Of a stretch of DNA of 45,457 nucleotides, positions 22,953-32,351 are shown one piece after another. The notes under the pieces are model-generated. The model did not search any database and was not told the DNA's origin. It saw only the letters and a program-made list of their open reading frames with translations. Numbering within the stretch: position 1 is the first letter of the stretch; each line of letters begins with the position of its first letter. The position numbers were made by a program, and so were the translations under genes. The stretch is from Octopus bimaculoides (Eukaryota): positions 14,772,726 to 14,818,182 of the forward strand of contig NC_068987.1 of assembly GCF_001194135.2 (NCBI RefSeq), in the 5' to 3' direction.

Positions 22953-23138
22953 ACGTGTCGATTTATTTATATAGTATTGCACAAAAGCCCGAATAACTAA
23001 AGACTGAATCCCTGGATAAACTCTGCTACGTATTCATTTCCTCGTGGTAACTCTGGGTGCAATTGTATTCTCCCGCCTTGTCAGCTCTATCTTCGAACTG
23101 AAAAAGTAGGCGGTAAAGTCGCTTTATCCAAGATAGCA

Positions 23139-23354
23139 TTGCTTTCAAATTTTGGCACAAGGCCACCAATTTCGGAGGAAGGGATAAGTCGATTGTACCG
23201 ACTCTAGTGCTCAACTAGTATTTATTTTACCGACCGCAGAAAGGTGAAGGGCAAAGTCGATCCTGGCGGCAGTTGAACTTGGAACGTAAAGTCGTAAGAA
23301 ATGCTGCCAAGCATTTTGTACGGAGTGCTAATGATTCTGTCAGCTCGCAGCCTT
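23139..23354 (-). mobile_element. SINE A, full length, tail type 2, diverged
   Basis: Minus TAAGGCTGCGAGCTGACAGAATCATTAGC..AGTTCAACT..GATCGACTTTGCCCTTCACCTTT..TCGACTTATCCCTT..GGCCTTGTGCCAAAATTTGAAAG. Confidence 0.85.
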
Positions 23355-23553
23355 ATATCCCAGATAATACTAACAGGCGTACAAGACTCACATATTCGGA
23401 TTATACAGAGATGATGGTGTACAAGAAACGCGAATAGCTACAGTATGGATACTAATTTTCCGCTGAGTAGATTGAGATTGAAGTAACCCAGTCAATCCAA
23501 CTTTATCAAACGGAAGAAGTAGTATAATGTCCAAACTATCGCTATATTCCATA

Positions 23554-23805
23554 CAGTAATCCATCGACTATCGCGTATGCTACGTTCCACGGTAGGTGAA
23601 AATCCGCGAAGTAGAAACAGTACGTACTGTATATTTTTTTATTGTTTTTATAATTTGTATATATTTATTTTATTATAAATGTAAAACAACACCACGAAGG
23701 AATCGATGTAAGCTTAAATAATAAACCGCAATAGGTGAACCGCGATAGGTGAACCGCGATAGGTGAACCGCGATAGATGAACGATGAAATGGCGAGGGAT
23801 TACTG
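23554..23805. mobile_element. Tigger/pogo-type MITE (252 bp) with TA TSD
   Basis: TA at 23552-53 and 23806-07. Left TIR CAGTAATCCATCGAC versus right (reverse complement) CAGTAATCCCTCGCC, 13/15 identical. Four 14-bp CCGCGATAGGTGAA units at 23726-23781. Confidence 0.85.
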
Positions 23806-24897
23806 TAATAGCAAATCATTGCCATAATACGCCAAGAAGTGCTGGCTATTACCAGCAGAAGCGCAGTGTACCACTCGTAGAGCAACAATTTCAGGGAGAT
23901 GAATATTTTTTCGGCTAAGCCAGTCATATAATAAAAATGTAAAAGCCAATCTCCAGGCACACATAGTTTTCACAATCTTTTAAATTGGAATTATATGAAA
24001 AACCAGTGATTGATGCTTGGACAACATTACGGCACGTATCAAACAACATACCTGAAAGCTTATTCATCCAACCATTAACTCTCACTCCCACATCAATAAC
24101 AAAGTTTTAATAGCAGACCTGCCCAGAATTACTCACTAAATTGTTCATGACGCTATTGAGGTGTTGATATATCGAGGCATTTTGTCACCAAACGACTATA
24201 TTCGGAGAAAATAAACTGCATTCACAAAGCACATATATGTGTCCTATTCAGCTAGCACGTATTCACATTCTGATTTTGGGAGAAAATCAACACTACCTCC
24301 TTCTGGAAAGTGAAGTAAATAGGAGTTAGAAACACACGTATACCAAGGTGGCAAAAAACGGTATTTCTGCTTAATTTTTTATAAAACCAAGAATGCTGCT
24401 TATTGAAATAAATGGACTGAAATTAGAAGCCATTACAAGCACTGGCAAATATTTTCGCAAAAATATTTTAAAGTTCAAAATGGCTCGAGAATTTTCAAAT
24501 GGTTGGTTACTTTAAAAATTTGAAACTGGAAGAAAATTTTCAATTTCTTTTTTTTTTATTAATGTCAATCTCTTTCGGCCGACGAAAACTTAAACCATAC
24601 AGATTAAGTCCCATGGAATCCTATCAAAGCTCTCAAAGATTAATGAAGTGCATGTGCTGGTCCATACTGACATATAATATGTAGGAAACCAATAACAAAT
24701 ACAAGTCTTTCAACCATCTTTCTCTGTAGTATTTACATCAGCAAGGCCTGAAGACGCCAGTTGCACAAATATATATATATATTGTACGTTTATAATGGAC
24801 AAATTGTACAAAATGTATAAATGGATGATGAGTAAAACACCGGTACAGTTTTTTCGATGACCTTTTGTCATCCGTAGATTTACTGCAGGAACTTTTT

Positions 24898-24946
24898 AGT
24901 GACGAAACATATGTTTCGACCTATTCTGGGTCTCTTCAGGTACACC
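24898..24946 (-). ncRNA. Hammerhead ribozyme-like motif (minimal type I architecture)
   Basis: Minus GGTGTAC-CTGAAGA-GACC-CAGAATA-GGTC-GAAA-CATATG-TT-TCGTCAC. Exact core, perfect 4-bp stem II and palindromic stem III; stem I imperfect. Confidence 0.55.
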
Positions 24947-25087
24947 AATAAAATGTTTCAGTAGATATTTCTTGAGTTGGCTTACGTACCGCTATATGTC
25001 TATCAAATTCGAGAATGAGTAAAATCAAAGAAAAATCATATGTGTATATATGTACACTTATATTACATACGTATGTATATATGCATG

Positions 25088-25133
<46 letters not shown>

Positions 25134-25378
25134 AGTGAGTGTGTGTGTGAATATATATATACATATATATATACCTTATATATGTGTGTACACACACACA
25201 CATATATATAAGTATTTACAAACATACACACACATACACACATATATATATATTAAAATATGCATATATATATACAAATATATTTATAAATGTATGTATA
25301 TATATGAATGTTAGATGTATAGACACATACACTCACACACACGCACTCACACTCACACACACATTCACATACACACTC

Positions 25379-25409
<31 letters not shown>

Positions 25410-25617
25410 TCTGGTTTCTGGCCTATATATTTTTTTAATTTTATGCTCCAGCAAACTGAACTTTTCATATTTCATCTGTGGTTATGAAATATCTCATTAG
25501 CTATGCTCATTGAGCATAATGCTACATCTTAGTAGACCGATCGTACTAATAATACACACACACACACGTGTAGACACACACACGTGTAGACACACACACA
25601 CACATACGCACAAACAA

Positions 25618-25653
<36 letters not shown>

Positions 25654-26183
25654 TCATACATACATACATACGCGCACCCACCCATATATATATATATATA
25701 TATAATTTTGTTATAAGGATTCATAAGAACCAAGGTACCAATTGTCCAGTGAACGTTCGACAGAAACAACTCTCGTAAATTTTAAACTTTCTTTTATTTA
25801 CCTTATATTANNNNNNNNNNNNNNNNNNNNNNNNNNNNNNNNNNNNNNNNNNNNNNNNNNNNNNNNNNNNNNNNNNNNNNNNNNNNNNNNNNNNNNNNNN
25901 NNNNNNNNNNNNNNNNNNNNNNNNNNNNNNNNNNNNNNNNNNNNNNNNNNNNNNNNNNNNNNNNNNNNNNNNNNNNNNNNNNNNNNNNNNNNNNNNNNNN
26001 NNNNNNNNNNNNNNNNNNNNTATGTATATATATATTCGTTGCTGTTATGCAAAAATATCTAAGTCCAAAGCATTGCTTCTTTCAGAGATGAAAAAATATT
26101 TTCACCATTCCATAGCAAAACCGTTGTACTACACTTTGACAATTTGTACGTATGTATGTATGTATGTATGTATGTATGTATAG

Positions 26184-26428
26184 GTGTGTGTATGTCCCCA
26201 CACCACTCGGCAACCGCTGCTGGTTTGTTTACGACACAGTAACTTTAGTTCTTATGCAAAAGAGACCGATGAAATAGTTACCGTTCAAAAAAAAGAAAAA
26301 AGAAAAAAAGGAAATTTAAAAAAGCGTAATTCCTGGGGGGTCGACTTTTTTCGACTAAAAACTTAAAGGCGGTGCAATAGTATGGTCACATTCCTAAGAC
26401 GGTTCCAAGCAAAAAGAATAAAAGAATA
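26184..26428 (+). mobile_element. SINE C 3' half
   Basis: TATGTCCCCACACCACTCGGCAACCGCTGCTGGTTTGTTTACG..AAAGAGACCGAT..CCTGGGGGGTCGACTTTTTTCGACTAAAA..AAGGCGGTGC..(AAAAGAAT)n. Confidence 0.8.
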
Positions 26429-26980
26429 TCTTATCTTCATCATCTTCACGTTAACCTTCATACAGCCAATAATCTCTTATGATGTCTGTAACATATTCAG
26501 CTCAAACCGACGTTCGACTTTGCAATAACATCGATCTTAATGCGACTGAGTAAAAAGCTACAAGGAAACTAAAGCAATTATACTCATGAACAGTTTTCGA
26601 TTACGGATATGATAAGCTGTGCTAGACGCTTAATCCTTTGGAGTTCGAAGCAGCTGCTAGCTTCCAAACTTCAAATCAATTACAAAATAACTGGTTTTTC
26701 CCTTGTTAGTTTAATTAATTTACTTAAAGTTTTAAAGCTGGATTGACGTTGCGCAATATCTATTACGGGTGCAGACGAGCACTGTAAAGTTTAAAAAAGG
26801 TTATTGTCATTGCATATACGATGCATAGTTTGAATACCCGAGTACTATTCATACATACATACGTGCATACATGCATACATACATATCCATATATATATAT
26901 ANNNNNNNNNNNNNNNNNNNNNNNNNNNNNNNNNNNNNNNNNNNNNNNNNNNNNNNNNNNNNNNNATATATATAAACATG

Positions 26981-27015
<35 letters not shown>

Positions 27016-27279
27016 ATATATATGTACATATATATATATTTATATATATGTGCGCGTGTGTGCGCGTGTATGAGTGGGAGAGAGAGAGAGAGAAAGAGAA
27101 ATAACAATAAATACAGGTTTATATCCTTCCTATATGCATATACATTCATACATTCGTACATACATGCATACATACATACGTACATATATATATACATATG
27201 TATTATATATATATGTATTCATATGTATGCATGAAGATATGCATGCAGATACTCGTGTATGTGTGGAACTATATATGTG

Positions 27280-27310
<31 letters not shown>

Positions 27311-27610
27311 GTATATGTATATGTACGTGTATAGATAGGTAAATAGATAGATAGAGAGTGAAAGAGAAAGAGAGAGAGAGAGATAATACTCATCAATAAT
27401 ACAATAGTAAAGCTAATTTATCTAACTCTCAAAGGGTTAATTCGTCGACAAACTACTGTATAGCTCAGATTACTATAGTTAGTGTATGTCGCTTGCTTCA
27501 CTCTTCTACTACATGCTACATATATATAATATATATATATTTATATATATGTATGTATATCTGGAAGGTGTATTAATTAGATAAATGAAATCGAGTTAAA
27601 ATAGTTATAT

Positions 27611-28080
27611 TTACTCTTTTATTCTTTTACTTGTTTCAGTCATTTGACTGCAGCCATGCTGGAGCACCGCCTTTAGTCGAGAAAATCGATCCAAGGACGG
27701 ACTTAGTTTTTGTAAGACTAGTAATTATTCTATCGATCCATTTTGACGAACCGCTAAGTTACGGGAACATAAACACACTACCGTCTGTTGTCAAGCGATA
27801 TTGGGGGGACAAACGCAGACACAGAAACGTATACACACATACATATATANNNNNNNNNNNNNNNNNNNNNNNNNNNNNNNNNNNNNNNNNNNNNNNNNNN
27901 NNNNNNNNNNNNNNNNNNNNNNNNNNNNNNNNNNNNNNNNNNNNNNNNNNNNNNNNNNNNNNNNNNNNNNNNNNNNNNNNNNNNNNNNNNNNNNNNNNNN
28001 NNATACGAGGGGCTTCTTTCCGTTTCCATCTACCAAATCCACTCACAAGGCTTTGGTCGGCCTGAGTCTATAGTAGAAGT
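27611..28080 (-). mobile_element. SINE C 3' two-thirds (gap inside its internal microsatellite)
   Basis: TCTTTTACTTGTTTCAGTCATTTGACTGCAGCCATGCTGGAGCACCGCC..AACCGCTAAGTTACGGG..gap..GGCTTCTTTCCGTTTCCATCTACCAAATCCACTCACAAGGC..TAGTAGAAG. Confidence 0.9.
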
Positions 28081-28200
28081 TATGAAGCGCTGGTGAGGGA
28101 CAGGCACACACACTCATACACACACGCATACACACACACACGCTCACGCACAAACACAGACAGACAGATGGACACACACACACACACATTTATATATATT

Positions 28201-28240
28201 TCCCCTCTGTGTCGGCCCCTTGTGGGCAATAAAAAAAAAT
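28201..28240 (+). mobile_element. SINE A tail type 1 fragment
   Basis: TCCCCTCTGTGTCGGCCCCTTGTGGGCAATAAAAAAAAAT matches the 3' ends of the copies at 21059 and 30613. Confidence 0.7.
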
Positions 28241-28249
28241 TACACACAC

Positions 28250-28426
28250 ACATATATATATACGACAGGCTTCTTTCAGCTTCCATCTACCAAATCCATT
28301 CACAAGGCTTTGGTCGACTAAGGGCTATAGCAGCAGACAATTGTCCAAGGTGTCACGCAGTGAGACTGAACCCAGAGCCATGTGGTTGGGAATCAATCTT
28401 CTTACCACACAGCCACGCCTGCGCCT
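28250..28426 (-). mobile_element. SINE C 5' half
   Basis: TACGACAGGCTTCTTTCAGC..CACAAGGCTTTGGTCG..CCAAGGTGTCACGCAGTGAGACTGAACCC..CTTACCACACAGCCACGCCTGCGCCT. Confidence 0.9.
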
Positions 28427-30127
28427 GGTATAGTTAGGTATACATAACTAGGAACGTTTTAAAGAACAATGAATTCACTCAAATTTTATGCATTGAGATA
28501 TGTAGTCCTGGACGTTTGTAGAATGAGTTTGATTGGGAATTACATGGCGGCAAATTCTATCACATTGCGCAGAACCTTTGACAAGTGCCTTTTACCAATG
28601 CCTTCGGACAACCCCAAATCTTGCAAATAAAACTAGGCAAATATAAACTGCCGGCCCCTGTCGGATGGAATGTATTTATCCTTGACTCATACACACAAGC
28701 ATTCACCCGGTTTAGGCGACTTTCACGGAGTTCCATCTGTTGCAAGCACAAGAGTATGATGTTCGATGTAAGGATAACTTCAATGAAGCCACATATTTCG
28801 AACGACCCTCCATTTTGTTTATTTTATATTGAACAGTAAAATAAAAGAAAGACGTAGCTGTTAGTCTATCGTGCCGAATTTCATTACACACTAAACGGGA
28901 AATATTTGTAGAGTGTCTGTATCCTAGATACTAAGCAGAAAGTCCTATTATTGTCGTCCCGTCCCTGTCCACTATGCTACGTAGATCTTGGTGTACCCTG
29001 GTAAATTGGTGACCTCTTGACCATGTACGGATTTCTATTGCATAATTAATATATAACTACCTCTCTATGTATATATATATGTATATATATAAGTATATAG
29101 TTCGTATATTTGGAGACAATTCCGTTGTAATGCATAAATATCAAAACTAGTACCTATTTCTTCGCAGCGTGCAGTTTCGACCTCTGGGATACGGGGTTAG
29201 CGTGTCATAAGCGCTTAAGCGAATATGTAATGTATTATTACTTATATTGTGGTTTTGGTTACATTGCTTCTATTACATCATCCATCATATGCAATTTATT
29301 TATTTCTACGCATTGGACTACGTTCGTATCTCGCTGTGGTTGATTTAGATTTTCATGTTTCTGAGGCCTGTAATATAATGTACCAGTCAATTACTGAAGT
29401 AGGTATAATACATCATAATTCTTCACAAAATGTGTAATTTTTTGCCTTTGTTAAAAAAAATCCGTGTATCAATCAAAAGGATATTTATGATGTTAGTAAT
29501 ACAGTTACAAACGAAAGTCGAAACCGAATCACTTCTTCATCAAAACGCCAACTGCAAAAAGTATAAACAAACAAACAAAAATAGAACAGCAAAAATACTC
29601 ATAGAAATAATGTACACAATGAAGTAACAAATAAACAAATAAAAGTAAAGAAATTTGAGACGGTCTTACTGTGAGTTCGATTACAAAACACGCGGAAATA
29701 GAAAAGGGATTGAATGCCAAGAATTGCACAAACAATCGGAAACTTGGCGGCAATAAGATTAAAATGTTTAGAAGTCTGGAATATCCTACAGCTAGACTAC
29801 TTCCGACAGCTTTTATATAAAGTAATCAAAAGCAACAAGCTAATCTAATCATCTAATATTAAATTGATTGGAAAAAAAAGATCAGTCTTGAAGATACAAA
29901 GACTTGTTGGGCCTGCAGTCTGTAGGTGGTTAATGTTGAATTAGCAACAGACGGGTGGAGGTTTCGTAATTTGTTATTGATATCTGGCATGTATGATGGT
30001 CTGTGGTTACCACATTCGCCTTCTGCTGTCTAAGTTTACCTAGATGTAAATAAGCTATCGTTGTTACAGTTGTTTAGCCACAATTTGACCTTACTCTATC
30101 AAACGTATAAACAAAGGCATTCCAGTC

Positions 30128-30285
30128 GTGACCATCCCGCTTTTTTTTGTCATTTCCAGATTTATTGTACCCCGAACTATTCAGACGTAATCATTCCGTT
30201 TTCTTTAATTTTCAGATATATTTTACCTTGAACCGCCCAAATGTGACCATCCCGTTTTCTTTGCTTTTTACATCTATTACACTCC
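30128..30285. repeat. Degenerate 56-60 bp tandem repeat, about 2.6 copies
   Basis: CAT(C/T)CCG(C/T)TTT..TT(C/T)CAGAT.TATT.TACC..GAAC units start at 30132, 30192 and 30248; GTGACCATCCCG is identical at 30128 and 30243. Confidence 0.6.
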
Positions 30286-30464
30286 AAATTACGTTAGCCA
30301 ATGTCCTCTGCTTTAATACATCTAGGTAGGGTTTGAAATAGAATTTAGCTGCTGTTTCTAATCGGCCAAACGACTGTGCAGAGATTCCTTCATTGGCTAT
30401 TTCTGAAATAAGCTGCGGAACAAAATAGACAGCACAGTTGGGAGCAGCAACAAAGTGTTGTGTA

Positions 30465-30575
30465 CAGTAATGCCTCGACATAGGAGTTAATTCGTTCCCG
30501 GAGAAAACTCGTAAACAGAAAATAAGACTCGTAAAAGCTCGTAAATCCGGGTTCTCGTAAAGTGAGGTATTACTG
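30465..30575. mobile_element. Very short Tigger/pogo-type MITE (111 bp) with TA TSD
   Basis: TA at 30463-64 and 30576-77. Left CAGTAATGCCTC versus right reverse complement CAGTAATACCTC (11/12). Four internal CTCGTAAA motifs. Confidence 0.8.
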
Positions 30576-30612
30576 TATTTTTAACGAGACCATAACCATA
30601 CATTGCTCATGA

Positions 30613-30845
30613 TGGCGGCGAGCTGGCAGAACCGTTAGCACACCGGGCGAAATGCTTAGCGGTATTTCGTCTGCCCGCTACGTTCTGAGTTCAAATTCCG
30701 CCGAGGTCGACTTTGCCTTTCATCCTTTCGGGGTCGATTAAATAAGTACCAGTTACGCACTGGGGTCGATATAATCGATTTAATCCGTTTGTCTGTCCTT
30801 GTTTGTCCCATCTGTGTGTAGCCCCTTGTGGGTAGTAAAGAAATA
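30613..30845 (+). mobile_element. SINE A, full length, tail type 1, with 15-bp TSD
   Basis: Perfect ATACATTGCTCATGA at 30598-30612 and 30846-30860. Intact A box, B box GAGTTCAAATTCC, central domain and tail. Confidence 0.96.
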
Positions 30846-30851
30846 ATACAT

Positions 30852-31109
30852 TGCTCATGAAGCTAACCTGTAAGTGGATGAACACTTTACAAATACGTGT
30901 ACTCTTAATGTAGGTGTCGGAGAGATTCAGAGTAACACAGTATGTGACAAGATTGGCCCTTTGAATTACAAGTAGGACTCATTTTTGCCAACTGAGTGGA
31001 ATGGAGTAACGTGACAAAAATGACATGCTCAACGCGTCACCGGGTATTGAACTCACGACCTTAAAATCGTGAGCCGAATACCCTAACAACAAAGCCACGT
31101 GCATTCACA
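30852..31109 (-). mobile_element. tRNA-derived SINE family E (CORE-like), old
   Basis: Minus head GTGGCTTTGTTGTTAGGGTATTCGGCTCACG..GAGTTCAATACCC, then CORE-like TTGAGCATGTCATTTTT..CACGTTACTCCATTCCACTCAG, then a body shared with SINE D (TGTAATTCAAAGGG..CTTGTCACA..GTACACGT). Confidence 0.8.
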
Positions 31110-32316
31110 ACAATGATCATGCGATTAAAACACGGACCGACCGAGGCACACTACAACACACAACATAAAGTAAAAACTAGTTACGAAACAGTAGACAGAC
31201 GTTATATATAATATGGCGCAATGGTAAAACGAACAAATCAGAAAGCATATGCTTGTCACAATCAACATAAAAACGGTTAAAATTTAGGTTGCAGCGGGAA
31301 AATCTTCACTACTCCTACGCACCCTCCATACAGTTTAAGTGATAATAACATACGCCAACCTTACACGATTTGGAAGTTGCGACTACAAAGTTGTAGGTAT
31401 ACTTGAGACAGATTTAAAAACTTTTTGTCTGAAACAAATTGCTGTGAACTTATGCAGAAATATGGAAATAAAGTGAAATGGTGACTGTACAACACAGTCT
31501 TGTTTTCAGCACAAAATATCTCATACAGACGATTCCACATACATACATACATACATACATACATACATACATAAATACACACATATATATGTATGTATGT
31601 ATGTGTGTATATATGCATGTGTACATATATATATATANNNNNNNNNNNNNNNNNNNNNNNNNNNNNNNNNNNNNNNNNNNNNNNNNNNNNNNNNNNNNNN
31701 NNNNNNNNNNNNNNNNNNNNNNNNNNNNNNNNNNNNNNNNNNNNNNNNNNNNNNNNNNNNNNNNNNNNNNNNNNNNNNNNNNNNNNNNNNNNNNNNNNNN
31801 NNNNNNNNNNNNNNNNNNNNNNNNNNNNNNNNNNNNNNNNNNNNNNNNNNNNNNNNNNNNNNNNNNNNNNNNNNNNNNNNNNNNNNNNNNNNNNNNNNNN
31901 NNNNNNNNNNNNNNNNNNNNNNNNNNNNNNNNNNNNNNNNNNNNNNNNNNNNNNNNNNNNNNNNNNNNNNNNNNNNNNNNNNNNNNNNNNNNNNNNNNNN
32001 NNNNNNNNNNNNNNNNNNNNNNNNNNNNNNNNNNNNNNNNNNNNNNNNNNNNNNNNNNNNNNNNNNNNNNNNNNNNNNNNNNNNNNNNNNNNNNNNNNNN
32101 NNNNNNNNNNNNNNNNNNNNNNNNNNNNNNNNNNNNNNNNNNNNNNNNNNNNNNNNNNNNNNNCAGGCATATACACTCATACACAGGCATATATACATAA
32201 ACACATACATACATAGGTTTGTGGAACTGTGATTGAATGTATGCGTGTTTGTGAACAAATACATATGTGTATATGCATGCACACACACATATATATATAT
32301 ATGTATGTATATGTAT

Positions 32317-32351
<35 letters not shown>

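Noticed and set aside
23726-23781. CRISPR-like or prokaryotic repeat interpretation
   Set aside because: The units are contiguous with no spacers, lie inside a MITE, and the context is eukaryotic.
26744-26756. TGACG next to TTGCGCAA (CRE and C/EBP-like sites)
   Set aside because: Short motifs expected by chance in 45 kb; no promoter context.
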